From positions 14,924 through 78,923 of the IMG/VR virus record IMGVR_UViG_3300006204_000008: DNA of 64,000 bases; one strand, 5' to 3'. Below are positions 16,448-25,933 of this stretch, in pieces (position 1 is the first letter of the stretch; each line of letters starts with the position of its first letter). Origin of the DNA: a virus (taxonomy: Duplodnaviria > Caudoviricetes). The notes under the pieces are model-generated. The model had not been told where the DNA came from, made no database searches, and saw nothing but the letters and a program-made list of their open reading frames with translations. The position numbers and the translations under genes are program-made.

Positions 16448-17047
16448 ATGGCCTATATTGAAAAAACTGCTTTTGAGGCGCGGATCACGAACAACGAGTT
16501 CAACGAGCTTGTGAATGTGACGGGCCGATTCCAGACGGATGAGACGGATGACGTGTGTTCGGCCGGGATGCTGTGCGTGAGAGGGGATCAGCTTCCTTGT
16601 GCTGGTTTTCCTGCCTCTGTGAAGAACGAAAATGCTTGGTATATGACGGCTGCGGCATCAACGGTGAATGCCAACGAAGTGATTTATGCCAGCAACACCT
16701 ATGACTGGAACCTGCTTCAGGACCCCGTGACAGGCAACGCCTATGCCGTCGGGGTGGAGACCCTGGGTCTGCCCATCCCCAAGGGCCGGGACGGGACTTT
16801 CACGCAGATCGTGTTTGACGGCGTTCATGTGTACCGCTTTGGTGAGGGCAACTTCTCTGCGGAAGTGGGGAGTAATACGTTCTTCACGATTGCGGATGGG
16901 CTTCTGGTGCCTGCCGCCGCTGCTCCGACGGCTGCCGGGGCCATTTACTTCAAGCTCCGGGGTACCGGCAGCTTCACGGTAGGTACCCGTCAGGCATTCG
17001 GTTATGTGGACGTGGTGGCGTGCAAAGTCAACGCTGCCGGCAACTGA
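16448..17047 (+). CDS. Putative capsid decoration/cement protein
   Basis: Position directly before MCP; beta-rich 199 aa. Confidence 0.6.
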   Translation: MAYIEKTAFEARITNNEFNELVNVTGRFQTDETDDVCSAGMLCVRGDQLPCAGFPASVKNENAWYMTAAASTVNANEVIYASNTYDWNLLQDPVTGNAYAVGVETLGLPIPKGRDGTFTQIVFDGVHVYRFGEGNFSAEVGSNTFFTIADGLLVPAAAAPTAAGAIYFKLRGTGSFTVGTRQAFGYVDVVACKVNAAGN

Positions 17048-17064
17048 GAGAGGAGGAAGACAGA

Positions 17065-18303
17065 ATGAAACTTTCCTTGAACAGCATTCCTCAGAGTGTA
17101 TTTTCTGTGCGGGCGTGCGACACCCAGGACAAGACCAGCGAGAGGGCGAACCTGGTTGCCTTGGGCCGTCTGCTGAACTTCTCTTATGCGGAGCAGGGTA
17201 AGCGGATGCTGGATAAGGCCAAGGGCATGGATGTCATTGGCGACCGTTTGCCGCTGACGGCTCAGGCATACCGGGAAACCAACGAGAAGTTCCGCCAGGG
17301 CCATCTGCTCTATGCGGCGAAGCGTCTGTGCGACTTTACAGGTCAGCAGGCCCCGGAGGATTTTGAGGCATTCAAGCGTCAGTCCCAGAACTACTACGGA
17401 AACCCTGACTTCTACCGGATTCTCCAGGGCATCTATGTAGAGATCATCACGCCGATCCTGCCGTCTGTGTACTCTGAGGCGGTGAGCCTGTTTGCTGAGG
17501 TGGTAGAGGTCGGCTTCGGGGAGACCTACACGGTGCAGGTAGGCTCCAACGACATTCCTGTGTTCCAGGATTCCTCCTGGGGCGCTTCTCGGTCGGTGCC
17601 CCGCAATCGCTTCTATGATGCGTCTTACACGCTGAATCCCTCTCCGAAGAGTGCGTGGATCACGGCAAAGTGGACCCAGCTGGTGGGTAACGGCATGGAC
17701 TTCGGACGGTTCTTCGCCAACATTGCCGCCGGTATGTATGCCAAGACCATGGGGATGTTCAATCAGGCGATGGTTACGGCCACTGCTGACACCAGCCTGA
17801 TTCCTGCCGGCTTGAACTACACCTTCAACACCCCCAACTGGGTTGCGGCATCTGCCAAGGTGGCGGCACTGAACGGCACGATTATCAGCAACGTGTTCGC
17901 CACGGGGGCGGCCGTGCCGCTGAGCAAGGTGCTTCCCACCAACGTGACCGGCAGCACCAACGTGAATATGGATGCAGCCATCGCCACGCTGCTGGGCGCA
18001 GACTATACCCGCAGCGGCTACCTGGGCGAGTTCATGAGTGTTCGCCTGATTCCCTTCATGGATGCTGTGGTACCGGGCACCCAGAACACCACGGTTGACC
18101 TGATCACCAGCCAGACGGATATCTGGATGATGGCGGGGAACGGACTGAAGCCTCTGACGATGGCCTTCAACCGCGACACACCCATTACCATTGAGATGGA
18201 CCCGACCAAGACGGCGGATTTCGAGATCGGATTCAACCTCACCATGGCGCTGGATTCCGTAGCGGTGTTCGCCGGCAAAATCGCGCACTTCACGGTGGCC
18301 TGA
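17065..18303 (+). CDS. Major capsid protein
   Basis: 412 aa, strong SD, biased codon use, followed by a terminator, head-operon position. Confidence 0.75.
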   Translation: MKLSLNSIPQSVFSVRACDTQDKTSERANLVALGRLLNFSYAEQGKRMLDKAKGMDVIGDRLPLTAQAYRETNEKFRQGHLLYAAKRLCDFTGQQAPEDFEAFKRQSQNYYGNPDFYRILQGIYVEIITPILPSVYSEAVSLFAEVVEVGFGETYTVQVGSNDIPVFQDSSWGASRSVPRNRFYDASYTLNPSPKSAWITAKWTQLVGNGMDFGRFFANIAAGMYAKTMGMFNQAMVTATADTSLIPAGLNYTFNTPNWVAASAKVAALNGTIISNVFATGAAVPLSKVLPTNVTGSTNVNMDAAIATLLGADYTRSGYLGEFMSVRLIPFMDAVVPGTQNTTVDLITSQTDIWMMAGNGLKPLTMAFNRDTPITIEMDPTKTADFEIGFNLTMALDSVAVFAGKIAHFTVA

Positions 18304-18308
18304 ATTTT

Positions 18309-18342
18309 CCGGGGGGAGGGGAGTTCCCTTTCCCCCGCTTTA
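18309..18342 (+). terminator. Terminator-like hairpin after capsid gene
   Basis: GGGGGAGGGG/CCCTTTCCCCC stem, short T tail. Confidence 0.55.
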
Positions 18343-18385
18343 TGCACCTGCGGGAAGAAGCCGGTTCAACTCCGGCGAGGTGCAT
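18342..18385 (+). ncRNA. tRNA-minihelix-like element (acceptor-like stem plus T-arm)
   Basis: ATGCACCT/AGGTGCAT enclosing GCCGG-TTCAACT-CCGGC. Confidence 0.5.
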
Positions 18386-18483
18386 TTTGACGGAATGCTA
18401 TACTAAAAACAGAGGGAACGCAGGGCGGGCAAGCCCCCGCCGCCTCTGACGATAAAACCAAAGGATGGAAAGGAGCGGACCCA

Positions 18484-19266
18484 ATGGCAAGACAGAAGAA
18501 GACGGATCTGCTTCCCGAAGGGGAGCTTATGGAGGAGACCGGCGCGGCCGGCATGACCCTTGGCGAGAGTTCGGAAGGGGAGCCTCCCACGGAAGAGGCG
18601 GAAACCAAGATGGAGACGATTTCTCTGGAAGACAGCGATCTTGCTGTCGAGATGGAGAAACTGCGCCGGCAGAATGAAACCCTCGTGGAACAGATGGAGA
18701 TCATGAAGGAGCAGCTGCAAAAGCAGAGTGTCCCGACCGTGGTCCAGGTATCCGCCGAAACGGAGCGGGTTCGCTTCCTGTGGCAGGCAGAGGTAGCCAA
18801 CGAAAACATCAAGACCTTTGGGGAAGGCGGGATGTTTGGCCGGATCGTGGGCAAAACGGGAAGCTTCTATGTCCCCAAGAGCGACTTGGCCCGGGTAATG
18901 GATGCGGAAAACCGCCTGTTTTTGGACAAACGCTGGCTGATCGTGGTCAGCGGTTTGGATGAGGAGGAGCGGGAAGCCCTGGGCGTGAATTATCACGACG
19001 GGGAACTGCTTGATCGGAGGGCGTTTGAGAAGATGGTGGAGCTTGGGGACGAGCTGTTGGAGCTGTACCCTGAGCTGTGTGAGGGGCATAAGGTGATGGT
19101 GGCTCAGCGTTACCGGGAAGCCTTTGACCGGGGAAGCCCCCATGTGACCCGGGAGCGTGTGACTGCCCTGCGTGACATGGCCCAAACGGCCCATATCACA
19201 CCCAACCCCTTCACCAGCATCCTGCAGGAGATGAACAAGCGGGAAGCCGGAGAGGGCGAAGGCTGA
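18484..19266 (+). CDS. Hypothetical head-region protein
   Basis: 260 aa, SD AAGGAG, acidic N-terminus. Confidence 0.8.
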   Translation: MARQKKTDLLPEGELMEETGAAGMTLGESSEGEPPTEEAETKMETISLEDSDLAVEMEKLRRQNETLVEQMEIMKEQLQKQSVPTVVQVSAETERVRFLWQAEVANENIKTFGEGGMFGRIVGKTGSFYVPKSDLARVMDAENRLFLDKRWLIVVSGLDEEEREALGVNYHDGELLDRRAFEKMVELGDELLELYPELCEGHKVMVAQRYREAFDRGSPHVTRERVTALRDMAQTAHITPNPFTSILQEMNKREAGEGEG

Positions 19267-19277
19267 GGAAGAGACCT

Positions 19278-19368
19278 ATGGCAAAGTGTATAAATACCAC
19301 TATTTACCAGTGGGGGGGGGCGTTCTGACCTCCTGATTGGCGAAATGCCCAAAGGGGGGTGCGTCTGA
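19278..19368 (+). promoter_or_regulatory. Poly-G leader uORF switch A (G9, predicted OFF)
   Basis: SD GAGGA+ATG 19278; G9 19312-20; stop 19326-28; G8/G11 would read to TGA 19366-68 overlapping ATG 19368. Confidence 0.8.
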
Positions 19369-19877
19369 TGGCATATGTTGCCCCCAACTGGAAGAATGGC
19401 GCGGCCCCCGCGCTGGATGCCGCAGCCTTACAGGCAATCAGCGACGCCATTGTGGAGTTGCAAAACAAGAATACGTCCCAGGATAGCCTGATTGCTTCTT
19501 TGCAGTCAGAAATTTCATCCCTAAAGGATGGAAATATTCAGGTAGCCAGCGGATCATATTCAGGCACAGGAAGATCCGGAAGCTATGAAAACAGCACGAG
19601 AATTAACTTTCCCTTTGTTCCTGGCGTTATCTTCCTCTATTGCCCTAATGATGGCTGCTGCATGACCATCACTTCGAGTTCACAACAGAATACAATGTAT
19701 CTGTTTGGCTCCAGCGGATCTGTGGTTTATGCATTTGATTGGACCCAGATTTCTGTAAGCCCAAAGTATGGTACAGGATCTATTGCTTGGTATGGGAGCT
19801 CGGCTAAGAGACAGGCGAATGAATCAGGAAAGAAGTATTACTACCGAGCGTTTGGTAGGGTAGAAAAGAGTGCTTGA
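19368..19877 (+). CDS. Adhesin/receptor-binding-like paralogue A
   Basis: Shared N-terminus MAYVAPNWKNGAAPALDAAALQAISDAIV; GSYSGTG...INFPFVP...WY...Q.N...YYY.AFG C-domain. Confidence 0.75.
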   Translation: MAYVAPNWKNGAAPALDAAALQAISDAIVELQNKNTSQDSLIASLQSEISSLKDGNIQVASGSYSGTGRSGSYENSTRINFPFVPGVIFLYCPNDGCCMTITSSSQQNTMYLFGSSGSVVYAFDWTQISVSPKYGTGSIAWYGSSAKRQANESGKKYYYRAFGRVEKSA

Positions 19878-19938
19878 TATCCAAAGTTATATTTTGCCAT
19901 AGGTGTTGCGGCACTGATTTCATAAAGGAGGAATCTGC

Positions 19939-20643
19939 ATGGGCACCACATGGTCAGAAGTTATCACGGACTATGCGATGCTGGAGATCAACGACATACG
20001 CCTCCAGCAGGAATCGGCACAGAATCCGGCGCAGTTTTTCCGGCGGATGAGTGCGTATATGAAAAATGCGATCCCCCGATTTACCAGTCCCCCGGAAGAA
20101 CGGGCGTGGCTTTCCCATACACCCCCTCAGTTTTGGGATACCGCATGGACGGCCCCGGCGGGAGGCGAAGCGGCCACGCTGGAGACAGGTCAAACGGGTT
20201 TTGAGATGATGAGCGTGGTGGAGGCCCAAGCCGCAAGGACGGGGGAAACCCTTTGGGTGCCGTACACGGAGGCCAGCTATGACCCGGAGACGGGGGACGT
20301 GTGTTTTCCAGCGGGCATCCCGGAGGGGACGCGGTTCCGTCTGGATTTCTTCACCGACGGTGTGTTTGACTACGAACTTTCCGAAGAGGAAAAGCATATC
20401 CTGGCCCTGTTTATCAAGCTGATCTGGACGAAACGCTTCGCCGGGGACTGGCTGAATATGCAGCCCAAGGTCAAGGATAAGAGTTTCAGCACCGGCGCAG
20501 AGTCGAACCAGATTCGGGCCATGACGGAGCGGGGAACAGCAGACAGCTATGATGTGTATGCGCAGATGGCAACGTATGCGCAGAACGTGGAATATCTGAA
20601 CCTTCTGCGGCAGGGCCGTGTCCCGACCCCCAGGAGGCCATGA
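19939..20643 (+). CDS. Putative head-tail adaptor
   Basis: Position after head genes; 234 aa. Confidence 0.5.
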   Translation: MGTTWSEVITDYAMLEINDIRLQQESAQNPAQFFRRMSAYMKNAIPRFTSPPEERAWLSHTPPQFWDTAWTAPAGGEAATLETGQTGFEMMSVVEAQAARTGETLWVPYTEASYDPETGDVCFPAGIPEGTRFRLDFFTDGVFDYELSEEEKHILALFIKLIWTKRFAGDWLNMQPKVKDKSFSTGAESNQIRAMTERGTADSYDVYAQMATYAQNVEYLNLLRQGRVPTPRRP

Positions 20644-20655
20644 GGGGAAAAGGCT

Positions 20656-22005
20656 ATGGCAGGAGAAGAACACACAGTGAGGATAGAGGACAGGCTTAGG
20701 AATGTATCTGCTGTGGCGGATGTCCCTATCGTGATCCCGGGAAATACTCCGGCCCAGGCGGCAGGGCGGCAGTTTGCCTATTTTGAAGGGGAGACGGCTC
20801 TGTTTCGTGAGTTGTATGACCAGTACGCCGCCGATTATTTTGAGGCCCAAGTCCAGGGACTTGACCCGGAGGATTTTATGGCCTGGAGCTGGCAGAAGCT
20901 CCGCTTTTCGGATATGGCGGACCTGACGCCGACGGCAACATACCTGTCGGACAATATCAAGCTGGTGCTGTTTGCCAGTGCGGCGATTCAGTATGTGCCC
21001 CGTGGGGCGAAGATCGTGACGGCGGGCTCTACCTGGTTAGTGACCAACCCGCAAAGCATTTCTGGGGTCAGTGCGGTGGCGGTGGCGGAACGCTGCGCTG
21101 CCATGTGGCACTATTTTGACTGGTACGGAAACGTCAAGGGGGAGCCGATGGTGGTGCGGGATCAGATTGCCCGGGCTTCTGCCCAAGACCCCCAGGACTG
21201 GCTTTTGATTACGAAGCAGTATTTCAACGTCAAAATGCAGTACAACGAGGCAACCGCCCAACTGAACACAAACAGCCGCATGATCCTGGGCTCGGGAGCC
21301 TACCACATTACGGGATATTCTGACTTCCTGCGGGAGTTTACGGAGGACGGAGAAAGTATCCACATGGTGGAATTCGCCCTGCGGTATGAGGAGCCCAACG
21401 ATGCCATCGACGATATGGCGCGGCAGGTAGCGGGAGGAAAGAACTTCTCGTGGGAGGTGGATGTCTCCGGCCCGAAGCAGCTGCGGGTGGGAGAGAATGC
21501 GGTGTATCAGGCCGCGTCCCTGCGGTGTGGGGAGGGGGTGGAGAACAGCGAGGAGCATCCCATCACCTACCTATGGGGCAGCAGCGACAGCGAAATGGCG
21601 CAGGTGGATGAGGCAAGCGGAGAAGTGACAGCCTTTGCTGCCGGACGGGTCACCCTGACAGCTGTCTTGTCTGAGAACCCGGAGCATAGCGGGAGCTTTG
21701 AGATTGAAATCTCAGAAGCAGCGCCGGAGGAGAAGTATGCTGTCTTTCTGGGAACGGTACCGGAAAAACTGTCAGCCTATGAAAGTATGACGCTCCGTGC
21801 TGTCTGCTGCCGGGGCGGCACTCAGCTGCCCGAGGAGCCGGTGACGTGGAACTTCACTGGGGCGCAGCTGAGTGCCTATAGCGCGGTGGTCCATGGAAAC
21901 GAGGCGCATATTTCCTGCTGGGGCGGGAGTGTGGAGCCTTTGGCCGTCACAGTGTCGTTTGGAACAGGAAAGACCACAGCGGAAATTCAACTGGAAGGGA
22001 TCTGA
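20656..22005 (+). CDS. Putative head-closure/neck protein with Ig-like (Big_2) domain
   Basis: YLWGSSDSEMAQVDEASGEVTAFAAGRVTLTA Big_2-type motif. Confidence 0.6.
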   Translation: MAGEEHTVRIEDRLRNVSAVADVPIVIPGNTPAQAAGRQFAYFEGETALFRELYDQYAADYFEAQVQGLDPEDFMAWSWQKLRFSDMADLTPTATYLSDNIKLVLFASAAIQYVPRGAKIVTAGSTWLVTNPQSISGVSAVAVAERCAAMWHYFDWYGNVKGEPMVVRDQIARASAQDPQDWLLITKQYFNVKMQYNEATAQLNTNSRMILGSGAYHITGYSDFLREFTEDGESIHMVEFALRYEEPNDAIDDMARQVAGGKNFSWEVDVSGPKQLRVGENAVYQAASLRCGEGVENSEEHPITYLWGSSDSEMAQVDEASGEVTAFAAGRVTLTAVLSENPEHSGSFEIEISEAAPEEKYAVFLGTVPEKLSAYESMTLRAVCCRGGTQLPEEPVTWNFTGAQLSAYSAVVHGNEAHISCWGGSVEPLAVTVSFGTGKTTAEIQLEGI

Positions 22006-22009
22006 ATAC

Positions 22010-22186
22010 ATGGCTTCTGAGAACTGCCCCCACGCAGTGAGAAAGCGGGGGGATGTGAGCATCCATTGCAAAAAGCTGGAGGGAGAGCGGTATACCCAGT
22101 GCGCCCACCAGTATTTCTGCGGCCAGACCAAGCGTTGGGAGGCATCACCCAATGCGGCGGACTGCCCGCTGCGGGTCCGAAAGTAA
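22010..22186 (+). CDS. Small Cys-rich hypothetical protein
   Basis: MASENCPHA...CAHQYFC...CPLR; tight operon packing. Confidence 0.7.
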   Translation: MASENCPHAVRKRGDVSIHCKKLEGERYTQCAHQYFCGQTKRWEASPNAADCPLRVRK

Positions 22187-22223
22187 AAGCGTACCAAGAC
22201 AAGCGAAGAGAAGGAGGAAGGGT

Positions 22224-22862
22224 ATGCAGATTTATCGGTTGAACGAAGAGAAAGCGGCGAAGCTGCGGGCCTATATGCCAGTGATGGAGAAGGCAGCGTT
22301 CGTGGAGCAGGCGGCCAGTCGCTGCTTTGATCGGTTGGAGGTGGGCTATCACGGGAACGGGATGGACCTGCCCCTGGCCCCCATGTACAAGGAAAATCCT
22401 CAGCTTCCGGCCCGATACCTGATGGGCGTTTTGGTGAAGTTCTACCTGGGCGAGAGTTTCGAGGGTGTAGAGGAGGATCCAGAGCTGATGAGTGCAGACG
22501 ATTACGACCGCTGGGCTCGGGCTGACCCCTTGGGACAGCTCATCCAGTGGAAGAGCAAGGATCCGGGGGCGCGGGAGACGGCGGCGTTCCTGCTGCGGGA
22601 CTATCACGATTTGGAGAAACGGTTTTACCGGGAGATCGCGGGCCTGCTGCAGGTGATGAACGATCCCCTGGGGCGGCTGTTCTATGTGCTGGAATCCTAC
22701 AGCCAGACCGGGCCGAACGCCTGGGAAAAAGGCGTGGAGGACTTGAAGAAGGTCCGGGATGAGCTGGAAGCCTACCATAAAGGGAAAGAAAAGGCGCGTG
22801 AGAAGGGGGAAGGCTGCGCTCAGGAGACGGAGGAAGGAGCGCGGAGCGATGGCGGCGTGTGA
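22224..22862 (+). CDS. Hypothetical virion-region protein
   Basis: SD AAGGAGG; operon packing. Confidence 0.75.
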   Translation: MQIYRLNEEKAAKLRAYMPVMEKAAFVEQAASRCFDRLEVGYHGNGMDLPLAPMYKENPQLPARYLMGVLVKFYLGESFEGVEEDPELMSADDYDRWARADPLGQLIQWKSKDPGARETAAFLLRDYHDLEKRFYREIAGLLQVMNDPLGRLFYVLESYSQTGPNAWEKGVEDLKKVRDELEAYHKGKEKAREKGEGCAQETEEGARSDGGV

Positions 22863-23553
22863 GGTGGGGTTTGAAAGCCCCTATTACCCCTATGAGAAGG
22901 TGCAAACGGGCTTCAACACCCTGCGCGGGGCCGAAGAAATTCCCGCCAAGATTCTTCGATATCTGCTTGACCTGCCGGACTGGAAAGGGTATCAGCCTGT
23001 AGATGATAACAGCAGGCCAAGGGTGAGGTTGGCAAAGTATGTGTACTATGACGATGCAAACCCTTTGTCTTATCCGCTGCCGTCACCCCAGCAGAAGCTG
23101 AGCCTGTTGTATGATGGGGACCAGCCTGTAGTGAACACAGACGAGGAGAAGGTGCGTCACCCCAAGGGTTACCGGCTGTATCCCCAGATGTATTGGGGGC
23201 AAAGTCAGCTGGAGGCCCAGACTACAGTGAAATGCTACATTGGTCGTGTGCTTCCTGTGAGCGAGATGAGGACAAGCATCGGCCTGAGTTTTGTGATCTT
23301 ATGCAATACCAGCCAGGAGAACAACACGAGAACGGACGCCTACTCCCGGGCGTATGACATTGAGCAGTGTATCATTGAGGCGCTGCACGGTGTGAATCTG
23401 TCAGGTATCGGCGTGGTGGAGTTCTCCCGGCCCAGCCACTTTGACAACGGGAGTGAAGCCATTGCCGACCAGGGAACCAACGTAGGCCGGGAGCTTCACA
23501 TGAGCATCAGCTGGATGGAGAGCGGAGGAAGCGAAGATGGAACTCTCGGCTAA
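22849..23553 (+). CDS. Putative tail terminator/completion protein
   Basis: Position before tail tube; overlapping gene ends. Confidence 0.5.
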   Translation: MAACEVGFESPYYPYEKVQTGFNTLRGAEEIPAKILRYLLDLPDWKGYQPVDDNSRPRVRLAKYVYYDDANPLSYPLPSPQQKLSLLYDGDQPVVNTDEEKVRHPKGYRLYPQMYWGQSQLEAQTTVKCYIGRVLPVSEMRTSIGLSFVILCNTSQENNTRTDAYSRAYDIEQCIIEALHGVNLSGIGVVEFSRPSHFDNGSEAIADQGTNVGRELHMSISWMESGGSEDGTLG

Positions 23554-24409
23554 GACGGCGCGGGCCATCCGCGTTTACGAGCCTGTGAAAACGGAGGGCT
23601 TGACCCTGTACCCGATTTTGATGCAGGAGTATGAGAGTTTTCTGCAGGGGAAGTCGGCGATCTCTTTTCTGGCGCGGTCGCTGCCCCTGGAATATCTGTC
23701 CCAGCCGCTTCTCTCGGCCTTTTACCGGATGGATATGACGGCGCTGAGGCAGGGAGAGGAACCATCGGGGATGTTTTACCGAAGTCTGCTCTTCCTGGCT
23801 CTGTCTCTGCGCTTGGGAGAGGGGAAGAGCGAGGAGGAGCGTGTGAAGCTGTTCCGCGTGGCAGCGGAGCGGGAGCAACCAGATAAACTTCTGGCCGTGG
23901 AGGCGGAGACCGGAGAGGGAGAAAAGATTCGGATCACGCCGGTGATGTTCCAGCGCCTGCGGCCCATCCTGGCGGCGCAGAATGGGATCGAACTGCTCAG
24001 CGACGACACAAACCCTGACCTGCTGGAAGCAGAACGGGACATTGCCCAGCAGCGGGGGCCGAAGCTGGATTATAGGATGGATAGCCTCATAAGCACGGTA
24101 GCGGCCCTGAGCGGAAGCGAAGAAAGGGATCTGGAGGACTGGCCCATTCTAAAGTTTCAGAGGAGACAGGAGGCATTGGAACGGGTACTGAACTTCCTGA
24201 TCTGCGGCGTGGGAGAGACCCAGGGGACGAAGTGGAAGAAAGGGAATCCATATCCCAGCCCGTTCTTTGACCGGGTACAGGAGGACAGCGCGGCGCTTGT
24301 CTCGCTGGAATCCTACGCAGGGGGCGCGGGGCTGGAAGCCGTACGCAACGCAGGAAACAGCGTGGCTCCGGCTGCGCCCATCCTGGAATTTCCGATGATT
24401 GGAAAATAG
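23537..24409 (+). CDS. Hypothetical tail-region protein (possible assembly chaperone)
   Basis: 290-aa ORF in operon. Confidence 0.6.
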   Translation: MELSAKTARAIRVYEPVKTEGLTLYPILMQEYESFLQGKSAISFLARSLPLEYLSQPLLSAFYRMDMTALRQGEEPSGMFYRSLLFLALSLRLGEGKSEEERVKLFRVAAEREQPDKLLAVEAETGEGEKIRITPVMFQRLRPILAAQNGIELLSDDTNPDLLEAERDIAQQRGPKLDYRMDSLISTVAALSGSEERDLEDWPILKFQRRQEALERVLNFLICGVGETQGTKWKKGNPYPSPFFDRVQEDSAALVSLESYAGGAGLEAVRNAGNSVAPAAPILEFPMIGK

Positions 24410-24425
24410 AAAGGAGTAAACACGC

Positions 24426-25565
24426 ATGATTAGTTTTACTGACCCGAGATTGTATGTAAAGGGCACCTGTGCGGCTATGCTGCTGGACAAAAGTACGGGG
24501 GATGTGAAGTATTGGTCCGACAAGTTTCAGACCGGCAACATCACCACATCCCTGACCGAGGGCGAGATCCGTGCGGGTCTTGGCAACGGAATCGCAGCGA
24601 TCATCCCTTCGGATTCTGACCTCCAGGTAGAATTCACTGCCGCGAACTTCTCTCTGTGGGCGAAGATGGCCCAGGTGGGCGGTACACTGAACTACAATGC
24701 CCCGGTCATGACTTGCCAGGTAATCGAAGCAACTGCCGCTTCCTTGTCCCTGGATGTGACCCAGGGCGCTCCCATCGCACCGCTGGGCATGAGTCAGGCG
24801 GCAGTGTATGTGCAGGAAGTGGGGACCACCGCGCCGGTGGGGGTGTATGGCAAAGCCTATGCGGTAGACCCGTCCACAGGCGTGATTGCCGATTTTACCG
24901 CTACGGTGGGCAAGAAGTACAAGGTGTTTTACACCAAAAACTTTGCCACGGCTCAGGTGGGTACCATATCCAGCTTCTTTGACCCAGGCGTTTATTACTT
25001 CCTGGCACAGATGGCGGTTTATGCCAACAAAACTGCTGGGGAGAAGAACAGCGGGACCCGTGTGGGCTGGCTGTATAACATCGTCCCGAGTTTGAAGCTG
25101 GGCGGCAACGCCGGTGTGGTAGGAGATCAGACCAACAATGACACCACCAGCATCTCTGGCCGCGCGGTGATCTCTGACGAGGATGTGGTCTCGGAGCTGT
25201 GCGGGACCTGCAACGGCGGCGGCAACGTATATGCCTACTACGTCTATGTCCCAGATGACGGTGCGGAAGCTATTTCCGGCCTGGCCGTCGTGGGCGGCAC
25301 AGTGAACGTGGAGGTAGGCAAGACCGCACAGATTCCCGTCCGCTTTGTGATGGCCAACGGGGAACTGGTGATCCCCGCCTCCTATGGTGATGGGTTTACT
25401 TATGAAGCTACGGGTGCGCCGGAGGGTACTACGGTGTCCAATGAAGGTTTGATTACCGCTGGGACTACGGCAGGTGACTTCGACGTGAAGATCATCTATG
25501 ACAACGGAGGAAAGGACATGGAAGCCTCTGTTACCGCGAGTGTGGTAGCGGCGCCGGAGCCTTGA
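24426..25565 (+). CDS. Major tail (tube) protein with C-terminal Ig-like domain
   Basis: 379 aa, strong SD, C-terminal GTTVSNEGLITAGTTAG Ig motif, followed by terminator. Confidence 0.75.
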   Translation: MISFTDPRLYVKGTCAAMLLDKSTGDVKYWSDKFQTGNITTSLTEGEIRAGLGNGIAAIIPSDSDLQVEFTAANFSLWAKMAQVGGTLNYNAPVMTCQVIEATAASLSLDVTQGAPIAPLGMSQAAVYVQEVGTTAPVGVYGKAYAVDPSTGVIADFTATVGKKYKVFYTKNFATAQVGTISSFFDPGVYYFLAQMAVYANKTAGEKNSGTRVGWLYNIVPSLKLGGNAGVVGDQTNNDTTSISGRAVISDEDVVSELCGTCNGGGNVYAYYVYVPDDGAEAISGLAVVGGTVNVEVGKTAQIPVRFVMANGELVIPASYGDGFTYEATGAPEGTTVSNEGLITAGTTAGDFDVKIIYDNGGKDMEASVTASVVAAPEP

Positions 25566-25583
25566 TGATAGAGGGATAAATAC

Positions 25584-25615
25584 TACAGGGCTCCTCGGTT
25601 TTGAGGAGCCCTGTA
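25584..25615. terminator. Strong hairpin after tail tube gene
   Basis: 13-bp perfect stem TACAGGGCTCCTC/GAGGAGCCCTGTA. Confidence 0.7.
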
Positions 25616-25842
25616 AAAGAAATAGCCCCCCAAAAAGCAGAGGGCTATCGCTTGGTTCGAGCCTGCACTTAATACCCCGCACGCAGGCACGCGGCCGTCG
25701 AAAGCGAGTTGCACACTTATAAACCGCTGGCAACACGCGGCAACATTGGGTAGAGCTAAGCAGAGCTTAGTTTCCCTTTTATATTATAAGAATTCCGGTG
25801 AGAAATCCACCATCAGCTTATACGAAAAAGGAGGAACCGACT

Positions 25843-25933
25843 GTGGCGAAATACACAATTACCAATAAATGGATACGGGGGGGGGCATTCTGACCTCCTG
25901 ACTAGCAGAATGCCCAAAAGGGGGTGCGTCTGA
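25843..25933 (+). promoter_or_regulatory. Poly-G leader uORF switch B (G9, predicted OFF)
   Basis: SD AGGAGG+GTG 25843; G9 25877-85; stop 25891-93; G8/G11 reads to TGA 25931-33 overlapping ATG 25933. Confidence 0.8.

Noticed and set aside
19326-19368. Stop-codon readthrough from the G9 uORF directly into adhesin A (same frame, PPDWRNAQ resembles APNWKNG)
   Set aside because: Copy B has a second in-frame TAG right after the TGA, so readthrough fusion is not conserved, whereas the shifted open frame is
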